From contig JAAILG010001778.1 in the NCBI GenBank assembly GCA_012026655.1, forward strand, positions 1-61,900: a stretch of 61,900 nt of DNA, written 5' to 3'. Below, in pieces: positions 26,056 to 38,530 of the stretch. Both the position numbers and the translations under genes were made by a program. The stretch's first letter is position 1. Each line of letters begins with the position of its first letter. Origin of the DNA: Hydrolagus affinis. Lineage: Eukaryota. The notes under the pieces were generated by a model. That model was not told where the DNA came from and did not search any database. It saw nothing but the letters and a program-made list of their open reading frames with translations.

Positions 26056-28739
26056 CTATTTTTGTTGCCCAACCAAAATTGTTGAATATGTGGTCTTGAG
26101 ATGAAATGTAGCAATGGGACATCCTCCCGATGTGAAAGGCACCATACATTGTACTGTAAATTATAATGCAATCTCGAACCAGAGGAAGATAATAAACACT
26201 GGTGTATACTATTCAAAGTCCAAGTCAACAATGCGTGAATGCAACAGCTTAGCAACTGACCACTGGGCTGCCAAATAAACACATTTAACAGTGAATCAGA
26301 CAAAAACAAACCATTCGCTCAGCAAGAAAAAAAAATTCTGCACTCCAGATGTCATCGGCACATCCAAAATAATAATTAGAATTAATTATAGTCCGACCGA
26401 ACTGTCATCCTAGTCTACATGTCATTGTGATTTGTTTTAGCTCAAAGTAAATCACTGCTAGTAAATAATACAATTTGAAACCAGCAATTATTTCAGAGCA
26501 AACATAAACTAAACAATGCAGTCAGACTGATGTTACTGTAGTTTCTTATCTAACAAAAAGGAAAAGGCCAGGAAAATGCAATGCATTTCTCGTTTTGTTT
26601 CTGTGTTCCAGGGAGTACCTTTCTTTACCTTCAATTGGGAGTTCCTTGCCTCAGGAATGAGTAGTGTTTTATTCAATTTCTAAAGGGAAGAGTTTGAACA
26701 AAAGTAGCCTCTCTAGATGTTATATTCCCCTTCATGGTTTATACATGAACTTCAAGCATTAACTAGTCATATTTTCAAAAGAATGCAGAGTGACATTGGG
26801 ATCTACAGTATTCTCCAGCAACGGTATCACAGAGTAGCTGCTTGCAAAAGCACCCATAACACACAGTATATTTTCAGGCATTCCTCTAAACAAATAGTAT
26901 TAATAATCGTAATAATAATCATCATTGCATTTGGTATAGCACCTTATAACTCGTAGCCCTTCACAAGAATTACTGTGCAATGGAATGACTGAGACTTGGG
27001 CTCCGATTAGAATTTGGGGTGAGCCAAGATCTCTTCAGTCAAATGATTTATCAAAATACACAGTCGTCACACATCACGGTAAAAATGCCGTGTAGCACTT
27101 TTCGACCTTTGAAAGATATAAGGCACGGTGTAAAATACATAGGTTATTATTATTATTACAATATGGAGAAAATGTAATTAACATTTGTCAGCCATCACAG
27201 TGGGATGACACTTTTGAGTAGCCAAATTTTCCAAAGTGCTAAAGGCCCCCAAACCACCCAATCTTAACCTGTAAAAACAGGTAATCCTGAAGGTCACAAG
27301 AAAAAAAATCAGCAGACTACTTCTTGATCAATTTAGAATTTTTCAGCTAATTTGATAAATGTTGACATCCACTATTTATCTGTCCATCTAACAAACACAA
27401 GGCCAAGCAAATGGTGCATTCCATATATACAGCAAGATGGCAAAGACACTAGATTGAAACAAGCAACAAGCAAATTCTTTTTGCAAAGTGAAAAATGTCT
27501 TGAAATATTTAATATATTAATGAAGTTTACTCTGAGGCCAGAATGTTACATGTGATCAACTCTGAAGATATGAGAAATTCCAACTGGCAGGCATAGGCAA
27601 ATCTCTTCACTAACTAATGTCTGGTCAACAAAAGATAATAAGGAGGCTTGTGCTCATTGATATCACAAAGCAAACCAAGGCAAATATTATACTAAACAGG
27701 GTATAGTCTCATCAAAACAATTTATTTCAAGGCTATTCACAAATAAAGGAGTATGTGGTACATAATGCTTTCATTTAATAGGTACCCCCACAAACTCTCA
27801 AACTACAAATGATTCCGAACTCCGCAGCCCATGTTGTCACCCACACTAACCTCTGTACTTCCTCATACCAGTTCTTGCCAGGTTCCAATGGCTCCCTTAT
27901 GACAGAACAAATTGATTTCAAAACCAACCTCTTTGACCGAATTTTTGGTCAATTGCCTCTTCCCCAGCCCTCTTTGGCTCCCACCACCAATTTGGGTGCC
28001 CAGTCAGCAGAGTCGAAGGTATCACATAAATGTAAATTGTGTTGGCATACAGTGTCTCGCCTATTTCATTATTGCAGTGAAAGACACTCCAGAAAGCCAG
28101 ACTAGTGTGCAATTGTGGACATGATTTTTTACTCCTCATTAAGCTGAGACAGCATGCAGCAGTGCCATCAAAATATTTCAATCCTGCACAATGTTAAAGA
28201 TCGATCAAGCCTATTGCAAATTCGAATTTTAATGTTATCCTTATATTTTGCTTTTAAGTGCTTCAATAGTTTAATTTATACCTTGTGTTAAAATACTGTG
28301 AATTATTTGAATTTGTCCTGATTGCATTCCCTCAGCGCAAGATATTGTTCCTTGTAAAAGTTGCAGAAGAATGGCACAGCTATCCATCTTCAATACCTAT
28401 ATTGCTACGCTGCAATGACGTAATTAGCTTCATCGGATGGATGGCTTCATACAAAAAGAGCCTCAATAGGCCAGACAGCATTGAAATTGATTGTATTCTA
28501 GCATTTATCCTGAACAATATGTTTTATAAACATAAGAAAGCATTTTATCCATTAAAGCTTTGTCTGTTCCTTTTGATCTTTTTGGTTAAACGTTGTGATC
28601 AGAGGGAATTAAAAAACACTGGCAGATGAATGAGTATCAACTGATGCAAGATGTAAAGCTTTCAGTTTTGTTGCATTTTACTGTTAGAATAAGTATATTT
28701 ATAAAGTACTACACAGCTTTCTGAAGTGCTGTGTATGTG

Positions 28740-28985
28740 TACCATTGGAGGACGGGAGGTCAGCCACTCTGCCTCCACTCTTTGGAACTCCATCCAGCAG
28801 TCCCTCCCCCTCACCCCCTCTCTTGCCTCCAGCAAGAGACGCATCTCAAGTCCCTCCTCTTCGACTGTGCCTTCGGTCACCCTTCTACCTATCCTGCCCT
28901 CCCCGATCCCGACCTCCAGCTCGGGTCCAAAACACTGATTGTTCAGTACCTTGGGAAGTCCTCCCGATGTGAAAGGAGGTATACA
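28740..28985 (+). mobile_element. L2-like 3' fragment
   Basis: SHSASTLWNSI motif and GTGAAAGGAGGTATA tail; similar to 32520-32825 and 58480-58775. Confidence 0.7.
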
Positions 28986-29010
28986 ACAACAATAGCAACT
29001 TCCATTTAGT

Positions 29011-29355
29011 GGAGCTCCTGTGGCTCAGTGGTTAGAGCACTTGTCTTGCAAGCTGGGGAGACTAAGCTGGGGAGACTTGTGTTCGAATCCAGGCGGGTCA
29101 GGGCGAAACCTTGGGCAAGTTTCCTTACTCCATACGCCTAATAATAATCCCTCCAAAAAAAAACCACAATAATAAAATTGGTCATTTCAATCCACGACTG
29201 TTTGTGGGATACTGCTGTGTGCTATTGGCTGCCGCGATTCGCCCACAAATATATACAGTCAATTCACTTTACAGTATATGCTGTGAAACGCTTTGGGATG
29301 TTGATAAAATGTGGGAAGCGCTATATCAAATGTAAGGATTATTATTATTATTATT
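29011..29355 (+). mobile_element. Full-length tRNA-derived Deu-type SINE with an internal 14-bp duplication
   Basis: A box TGGCTCAGTGG, B box GTTCGAATCC; AAGCTGGGGAGACT occurs twice; Deu-like core; (ATT)n tail. Confidence 0.88.
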
Positions 29356-31308
29356 TATATAGCGCCCTCCACACTGGGCGGCAACTCAGAGCACTTAACA
29401 ATGGTGGAACCTGAAGCTGAGCCAACCTTATGGGCAGTGGAAGAGAAAGGTCTTCAGGCGCAACCTGAAGATGGAGAAGGAAGGGGCAAGGTGAAGTGGT
29501 TGGGGGAAGGGAAATGTAATTTTGTTGTTGTTGTAAACATAAAACAAGAGGCAGCTTTTATATTAGAATAGTCATGTTTACTTTGTCGACATTTCCAAAC
29601 AATTATAAAAATATATAGCGGCAAAAACAATTACGGAGCTTGCAAAAATAAAATTGTTGGATCGGCAAAGCATATCCAAAAGGGATTCAAAAGGGACAAT
29701 AGAATACATGATTCCCATAATGTGTTAACACCCAGTAATTCTGTTATGAGGCAAAAGACTGCTTGACCTTCACCTCTCTGTTCTCATGGTTCAAGGTTTA
29801 ATGCACCGGTCAACAAAGCTGGAGATAAATCCCAAAGAGAATTCAATTTGAAAATTGTTCCAGATCATTTTTCCGTCCATATGGGCAGCCTACCCTTCTC
29901 ACCAGAGTCCCGCTGTTTCTAGATTAAACTGACTGTTATGCAGTTTAAATCTTGAACTGTCTTGGTATTGCAGTAATTAGCTTTGGATATTTCTGCTGGG
30001 ATTGAGTAAACCCAAGTGTCAGTCATGCATTGACTAGGTAATGAACTATGCTACCTCAAGGGAGAAACAATACAACAGACACTTAATTAGCATATTTTTA
30101 TATAAAAATAAAAACTGTGATTAAAAACTGAGCCGGATATATAAAGATGATGAAATGCCACCATCCAACAACATTACAACATTTGATAAATTGCAAAAAG
30201 GTAATCATTTTAGTGGAACAAATACCACAGAATGCCACTAACAGCACTGCTCTGCTTGTCAATGAGATTATACGAGACATTTTATTCAGTATTAGATGAC
30301 AGAATAACTTTAAATAATCTCTAATCCATAATGAAATACATGTCTAATTACTACTCATGAGCTTTAAAAACACTGACATTTAGATCTGATATAAATTGTC
30401 AAGTTCATCACAGAAAATACACAAGATGAGTGTATTAAACACACATTAAAATGTATCAGAGCTTTGTTTTCAACTATTTTCTCCACATTCATATTCTCAG
30501 TTGGGTGTGAATAAATTGATGGAACATATTTTTCCAGCAATCTAAAAAGTTGATTTTTTTGGCTACCAATGAAAATCCAACTGTATTAAAACAAAATGAA
30601 AACTCAGTAGAAATTTCCTTAAAAATGATTTGCAAATTGCAACGCCTAAACCAGCTAACTGTAACCACCTAATTGTACTTAATCAACATGGATTTAAAAG
30701 CAATTGGCCGTGTCTCACAAGTTAAAACAGAAACCAACTAAATCAGTGATTGCGAGATATGAACTTTTCGAAAGACATTTGCGATAGTTGCACATGTGAG
30801 ATTTTTAAAGAGGGGTATTAATATCCCATTGCCTTAGGACATCCCCCTGATGTGAAAGGCGCGAAACAAGTGGAATCTTGTCGTCGTTGTATACTTTATT
30901 GAACCAATCATGCATTAGTTAAATCAGATGAACAGGAAGAAAAATAATGAGAAACGGCTGTGGAGGATGCGGGGGGAACACAATGACAGTATTGCTTCTC
31001 TTCCACATCCCCGGCTTTTCACACCATTCAGGGTAGAATTGGAAAAGAGCATGTCTTTTGTAATATTACATCTGCAGTGCTGTAAAGGCATGTGAGCCGG
31101 TTAATAACGAGGATGATATACAGCACTGAAGATCTAGACCAATTAAGAGTGGCTGACGAATATTAATATTATGAAAGACAACAAAATTCACATTGGAAAA
31201 TGTCTGCTCAAAATGAAGCAGGGCTCATTAGTAGAGCTGGCCCATTGTAATAATGCTACTGGACAAAGGCAATCAAATGCTGTGAAGCACTTTAATAATT
31301 CTTAACAA

Positions 31309-31610
31309 CTAGCTATACCCTCGCGTAACATACCTAGTGTTTTTGAACACATTTATTCATATATTTTGAAACTTTTTTCAAATAATGTATTTGTTGTTTA
31401 CGAAAAAAGGATGAGCTTTAATCACTGGGTTGTTTTTCTTTGTTTTTTTTAAGCTGTATTGGTTCTTGTTTTCCTTTTAGAAGTTCATTGTTACAATTGC
31501 AGAAACATACCTCAGGCTTTTATATGTACATATATTATAGAAGATAGAGTGCCATCCGCGTCAGGAGGACACAATTGCGGAAACATACCTAAGGCTTTTA
31601 TATATATAGA
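31309..31610 (-). mobile_element. Putative non-autonomous Helitron
   Basis: Minus strand begins A|TCTATATATATAAAAG and ends GCTAG|T; no TSD; 5' segment repeated internally; subterminal hairpin poorly preserved. Confidence 0.45.
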
Positions 31611-31814
31611 TGAGTCAATTAGTTTGCAAAGATCACTGGTGAAACCATCATAAAAATATTGTACAGCAAATTTTGGGACAACCTACCATCAAACAAATAT
31701 CGGACGCCTAGAGAGGATGAAGAGAAGAACAAGAATGATTCTGCAACCGTGCTCTTAAGTTAGAATTAGTACTGAACTGGTATTCATTGAAAAAAGCATT
31801 AGGTGTTAGGTGTC

Positions 31815-32182
31815 GGCTAGCTCAGTTGTTAGCACTCTCATCTCTCAATTAGAAGCTTTTGGGTTCAAGCCCCATGTCAGGGCTTTGACCTCACAGCCTA
31901 GATTGATGCTCCAGTGCTGAGGAAGCATTGCATTGTTAGAGATCTTGCCCTTCAAATTAGATATTTAAGAAAAAAAAGATTTTGTCTGTCTTCCGGTGTC
32001 CTGACCAACAATCCCCAAATGAAACTGGTAATTTACCTTCATGGCTGTTTGTATGACATCACTGTACATAAATTGGCTACCTCTTACAATATACACAGTC
32101 ACTATAATTTACAGTAAATCCTGTGGAGTGTTTTGAGACGTCCTCCTGACGTGAAAGGTTTCATATTAAATGCAAGGATTAT
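31815..32182 (+). mobile_element. SacSINE1-like tRNA SINE
   Basis: TAGCTCAGTTG A box, GGGTTCAAGCCC B box, Deu-like core, L2-like tail. Confidence 0.75.
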
Positions 32183-32519
32183 CAAGTAGAACAAAATCTG
32201 GGTTTTTGTATTGATGAAATCTGCAGAAAATGTGGGTGTAACCAGGAAGTTTAGCATCGAATTTGAGACCAAATCTACAGGAAGCATTGATTATAATTAA
32301 ATGTCTCAAATTGAGAAGAAGTAGAGAATATTGAATATGTACAACAAACCTCCCCACAAAAACAGCTGGTTCTGTATCAATGAACTACTTCATAAAAAAT
32401 TTGGAATAATATTGTAGAATACACCTGTGGGAATAGCTAAAGAATCACTGCCTTTCGCCTTTCATGTTGGGAGGATATCCCAAAGTGCTTCACTGGATAT
32501 ACTGTGTTTTGTCACACAT

Positions 32520-32825
32520 CCCCCACCCGACCCACCCTACCATCAGTGGACAGGCTTTCAGCCTCTCTGCCCCCACACTCTGGAACTCCATCCCACAGTC
32601 CCTTCGCCTCGTTTCCTCCCTTGCCTCCTTCAAGGCCGGTCTCAAGACCCGCCTCTTTGAGCGTGCCTTCTGAAACCCTCTCAACTCTCTCCCTCCCTTC
32701 CTAAATCTCTCCCTCCCCTCCCCCACACCCTGCTCCTCCCCCTTTCTTGGGTCCCGACCTGACTGTAGCATTTTGGGACATTGTCCCGACATGAAAGGCG
32801 CTCTATAAGTGTAATTTTGTTGTTT
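32520..32825 (+). mobile_element. L2-like 3' fragment
   Basis: AFSLSAPTLWNSIP...FKAGLKTRLF motif and GAAAGGCGCTCTATAAG tail. Confidence 0.75.
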
Positions 32826-32828
32826 TGT

Positions 32829-33168
32829 AAGCAATGGGACAGCCAATTTGCACACAGCAATGTCCCACAAACACCCAAGGAGTCAGTGACTAATTTTATC
32901 TGGAAGATTGTTGGCCTAGGCCATCGGGAGAAACTCCCTTCTCTTTTCAAATAATGTACTATTGTCCCATAAGATTTTTAATGCCTACCTGAACAGATAG
33001 ATGGGAACTCAGTTTAACGTCTCATTAGAAAAATGGCCTGAAATAATGCAGCACATCCACAGCACTGTGTTGGGAGTGTCAGATTGGACTATATCCAAAT
33101 CCAGAAGTGGGGCTTGAGCCCACAACTTTCTCACTCAGAGGCGAAAGTGCTACCAATTGAGCCAGACT
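32829..33168 (-). mobile_element. SacSINE1-like tRNA SINE
   Basis: Reverse-complement head TGGCTCAATTGGTAGCACTTTCGCCTCTGAGT...GGGCTCAAGCCCC and Deu-like core. Confidence 0.75.
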
Positions 33169-33830
33169 TGACTGAGTTTATCATGTACAATGGGACACTG
33201 CAGTTTCTATGAAAAAGGAGGAAAATTTGATAAATTTTGGGGATCAGGGAATCTCTTGGCAGAACACTGTCTTTTAGTGATTCAGTATTTTCTAATTTGC
33301 TCACTATGTTAGAAAGTTTGCTACTAAACATTCATTACACAGATGAGGATAATAATGTTTTGTTACGGTACAATTTGACTGTCTTAAATGACAAAGTCTA
33401 GGAAAGACATTCATATTTAATTATTCTGTCTGATATCTACTGATACCGTGAATGCAATTTCTGCTCAGAACTCAGTGCAAAGCTATTTATTTTTGGGGGT
33501 GAAATCTGATTTAATGTTAAACTGAAAGGGTCAAAGCGCCTCGCACAATGAGCTACCTTATGAATGCAGATAGCGTGATTTAAACAAATGTGGTATCTAA
33601 TTCAATAATGTCAACATCCCTCCACAACAGCCATTTGTACATTTGCAAAAAATGAAGCTGGTACAACAAAATACAAAATTACATTTGTATAGCGCTTTTC
33701 AATTCAGGAAGACGTCCCAAGGGATGACACAGTCTGTGTGACGAAAGCAGAGGAGTGGGATTAATTTGGAAAGCTCTATAGGCTTTCATACGCAGTACAA
33801 TCAAATAATTTAGAAGTGTGGAAAGTAAGG

Positions 33831-33971
33831 NNNNNNNNNNNNNNNNNNNNNNNNNNNNNNNNNNNNNNNNNNNNNNNNNNNNNNNNNNNNNNNNNNNNNN
33901 NNNNNNNNNNNNNNNNNNNNNNNNNNNNNNNNNNNNNNNNNNNNNNNNNNNNNNNNNNNNNNNNNNNNNNN
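33831..33971. other. Assembly gap (141 N)
   Basis: Run of N. Confidence 1.
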
Positions 33972-36900
33972 GCAACAGTAATCGGTACCAAGATTTATAT
34001 GGTAACTGAAGCTCGACAACAAAAGTCACAGCCTTTGGCAGATTGAAGCATATGTAACCTCAAAGGAAAGGCAATGTGCTAGAAACACACGGCGGGTCTT
34101 TCAGAAGTGCTGATGAAGCATCCCACCTGAAATGTTCACAGAGACCTAGATTTCTGTTTTTTCTCTAGTGTAAAACCATCTCCTTTGCATTTCTGCTTTT
34201 AGTTTAATGTTTACAACACCTGCCTTTCTCTTTATTAACATCCCTTGAGAGAATTTTCTGCCACGACTTGAACAATGATTCTCTAAGCACTCTGATCCTT
34301 TTCACAGTCAACTGGGTTGGTCTCTGCTTTTTTGGGTGGAATTAAGAGATCTATGATGACGTACAGTGACCAAACGGAGGCAGTGGTGTGCGATGCTGTG
34401 CCCTCCACTTACAATGAAATGGATAAAAACCTTTGCTTCAGACACCAAAGGAGACAAGTCAGATTTAAGTAAAGATCAACAATAAGGGGCTGAGGACATA
34501 TCTATACTTTAAAAAAATGTAACTGTCTGATTGGTCAGCGAAGGAGAGAGAATAAATAAAGAATTTCTGGTAAGCATTTGACCAAGTTCCAATGAGGTAT
34601 AATTTTTACTAGACTTCTTGAGAATCGCAACATTTGTTATGATATTTTCTGCATAAACCATACAATTCCAAAGTTCCCACGTAAAAGAGTAGGGTAAGAA
34701 TAAAGTCAGTAAACATTGACATCAATAAAATCTCCATGGCCACTTTTCCACAAATTGGTACTGTATGTCCTTGAACTACTTTAATTAGACGCTTTTCTCT
34801 GCCAATATTGCATCATTTCCTCTGTTGATTCATACTGCTGTGGATTACAAGGTTGGTATGAATCCCTGGATTGCACCCCATAATCTGCAGGGAGATTACG
34901 ATCGCGCAGAAATGGAAGGATGCTCATTCTCACTAGCTGTATCAGGTAACAAATTATACAATAGCTGATGAACAGGGGCAAGACCATTTGGTCTCCACAA
35001 GGCTGAAGGTCAGAGAATGGTGCTGTTATAACATTCCACAGATTTGGACCTGAAGACATGGACTGTGGTTAAAGTGGTTCCATCTTGTTTATCATTTCCT
35101 GCATTGCACAATGTGCTTATCATACTACAGCAGCTTGGAAAACTGCAATGATGGGATTTTCCAAAGAAAGTGTTTGCAATTGACAGGGCATTATACATTT
35201 AGCACACATTTTGTGAGAGAAAGGGATTTTTTTTAATTGTACAATTAAGTGGGTCACATCAAGTCTTCATCTGTTAGATGTAAATAGACTGATGTAAATG
35301 TTGCTGTCTCAGCAAGTTGTTTTGCGTGCACGTAATACACAATTGTGACAGGATATACTAACTATACCAACCCAACATTGGTGAGTGGGGGAAAAGGGGT
35401 AGATTGGGGGTGCACTTTTGGGAGACAATCTGGAATTTGTGCTTAAATGCACGGATCGCTTAGCTACGGTTTAATAGCACAACATTGGTCCTTTAAAAGG
35501 GGAACGAGGAGAAAAGCACAGAATGTTCACATTCCACATTCCTTATCAATAGTGATAAGGGAGCTTATCTGGAGTCTATGTAAACTAAGATCGTGTCTCA
35601 GAGAGGAGTTCTCAGGTAATTGCTAGACAGTAAGAAACCTGGTGAGAAGTTAGGCAACACTTTTGTTTAGAAGGTTCATCAGTGTATAGTTGTTTTGAAT
35701 GTCACAAGATAAGCAAAGGAATACTGACAAGTGTGAACATTTAAGAAAATTGAATTATATGACCGATAAAGGTGTAAAAAATACACAAATGTGCATCTGT
35801 TTGGTGATTAATTTAGAAATACAGTACTGCTTATGAGGATGCCATCTGTGGGAAATGGAACAATTCCCAAGCATGCGGTGGGAAGTAAGAGTACTTTGTT
35901 AATGTATATCACTGGAGCAAAGTAGAAGAACTTTTTTTTCTAAAACTACTGATGGTAGTGGCTGTAGTGCTTGAAGCAATCATACTGTCGGATATAACTA
36001 GAAATAACGTTTCATTCCTCAGATCAAGACATTGTTCACTTGGACGAACACACGAGAAAAAACATAAAAAATTTAGAGATAGAAGAAAATAACAGAGAAA
36101 GTGGAGTTTTAAAGCATTTTAGCAACACATTTTTGAGCACTTTCACTAAAACAGTTTCTGTGATAATTTAGAGACAAATTTTCAGAATTTAATTAATTGG
36201 AGACTAATTGTATTAATTTACTAAACATATTCCTTGATGGCTACCCAATGTTTATTAGTGACAAAACTTTATGATCCTGAAACCAAATCAGTTACATTAC
36301 TTTTAAAAATGTCATAATTCACAGTAGTTCTGCAATATTATTGAATTTAGTAAGTATACATTTGATACTGCACATTCCATATAAATATCTAACAATTTGC
36401 TACAAATCAATACTGGAAATTCAGAAAAATCCAGCATAATCCTACATACAGTACAATGAAGACATCCAATCGCAATGTCCCCAAGAGTACTCCAGAAGTG
36501 ATAAATGCTTCATTTTCAAACAAATTGCATCAATGTCTTCATTTCATAAAGTACTTTTGACGTGAGAGAGCAAAGGAATACTGGTTGGAATAGAGGAACA
36601 GGAGTGAGTTATTTGTCATGTTGAGCCTATTCAATCATTTTATTAAATCTTTGCTTAACTTTAGATTTTTCTGTATATCCTTTAAAACCCTCATCCCAAC
36701 CTCAAGCATCTACAGGAGAGCCCTGTTATAACGCAATAGTTTGGGTCCCTAAAATACCAGCCAGCATCACACAGTATAACAGAATCGTAAATCAGAGCTT
36801 CTGCATTCAATGTGCTGCACGCTGAGGTTCCCACATGCAGCCGGCTCTCCGTGCCCAATGATGGGGTAAATGCGACACGAGAAAGCGCATGCTGGCAGCT

Positions 36901-38441
36901 ATTGTGTGATCTGCAATTCTATGCACAGGAGTACATGAGGCTCTAACATGGGAATGTCCGACTTCCAGGCATCAAGTCATGATGTCAGCAACAACTGGAA
37001 GTCGGACATTTCACTTATTCTAATAAAAACACATGAGATAGATGTTTGAAATAGAGGCTTCTTGAAAGATATGCGGAGCAAAAAGGCGAGTGGGATGACA
37101 TAAAATAGAGAACAACACCAGAGCAAAGATTCTATGGTTTTAATTGGATCTTGATGAGGCATTTCACTAGTCTCTTTTGTACTAGAAATGCCAGCCCTTC
37201 ACTGCAGAATTTGTTAAAATATGTCTAAAAGTTTCACTATGACCAATCAAAACCAACGGTTCCCATGTTCCTTAAATTTTAAGAAAGTTCGATTTGCTTC
37301 GGAGCACAGCAATAACCAACAACAATTTGATATTTTTATAGCGCCTTTCACTTGAGGAGGACGTCTCAACGCACTTCACAAGCTGAGGGTGGGGGGAGCC
37401 GATGGATAAATACGGAGGGGGGAGTGCAGAGCAACAGTAACCAAAAATGCGGTCGAAAAAAAAGGTCTTGAAACGGTCCTTTAAGGTAGTTAGTGAACAG
37501 GCAAGGCAAAGGGAGTCCGGGTTGGAGTACCAGCAAGCAGGAACAGAATGTCTGAAAAGTCACCCAGCCATGATCCCAGTCTACAGAGCAATTTGTGAGA
37601 GGCCAGTTAAGGTTGGTTAATAGAGCAAGACATCATTTGTAATTCAACATGACCTGCATAGCCATTAAAAATCACAGAAAATCGTGAACTTCTTTTAGAT
37701 AATGACATTCCCTGGAATAGTGACCAAAACAATATAACCCTGTCAATGATACCAAAATATAATATAACAGATTCCAGAATGCAAATTGATAACCCCCAAA
37801 TGCTGTCATTCTACCAGATTAAATATGCCAGATTTTTCATTGTTATTTTCAGAAGCATACAGTCACTATAGTTAATCCCCACAAAAACAGTAAGGATGTT
37901 TCTCATCACTTAGTTGTACTTACAACATGTTACCACAGTATTTTATAAATATTCCACAGGAACTGCAGAAATAAACAAGTTGCTATCACCAAATAGGACA
38001 ATGGCACAACAATATTTTTGTACTCGTATAGTACCTTTCACGTAGGAAAGTATCTCAAAGCTCTTCAGAGAGTCGGGGTGGGGGCCCCATCAGAAGGGAG
38101 ATGTGTGGAGATAGGAAGTATCAATCAAAGGCACAGTTAGAGAGAGATGGTTGTGAGCTGGAGGTATTTAAGGGGAAGAGTTGCAGGGAGCAGGAGGAAA
38201 AGTGATTGAAACCTCATCCATCGACAGAGGCCGGAGTGGTGGTGGGGGAGTTGAGGCAGGTTTGTTAGTAGAGTTGATGCTTTCACACTCTTGGGATATA
38301 ATCTGATCTTTATGAGTCAGAGTAGTTAAAATCTATGGAAATCACACTGACAAATCAGCAACGAAGTTGAGATGTTTGGAGCTCAATGCTTAGCAATAAA
38401 GTTATAAGGGAATAGTAATATCTTGAATAGTAATATCTTAC

Positions 38442-38530
38442 CTGAATGAGTCGGGAGAGGCGAGTGGGGTCGAGGAAGAGCTGACGACTGAGTGCTGCCA
38501 ATCAAGCTTTTCCGGTTACTGGTGCGACAG
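38442..38530 (-). CDS. MAST4: MAST4 exon ([29 protein letters not shown]), start of DUF1908 region
   Basis: 89 nt; cag acceptor with a polypyrimidine tract, gtaaga donor; phases 2/1; MAST signature peptide. Confidence 0.95.

Noticed and set aside
29011-29095. tRNA gene-like sequences (also 20783, 44187, 2460-2527, 45370-45436, 59030-59100)
   Set aside because: They run directly into a shared SINE body and tail, have inconsistent anticodons between copies and imperfect acceptor stems, so they are SINE heads.
33679-34046. ORFs containing X runs
   Set aside because: Artefacts of reading through the N gap.
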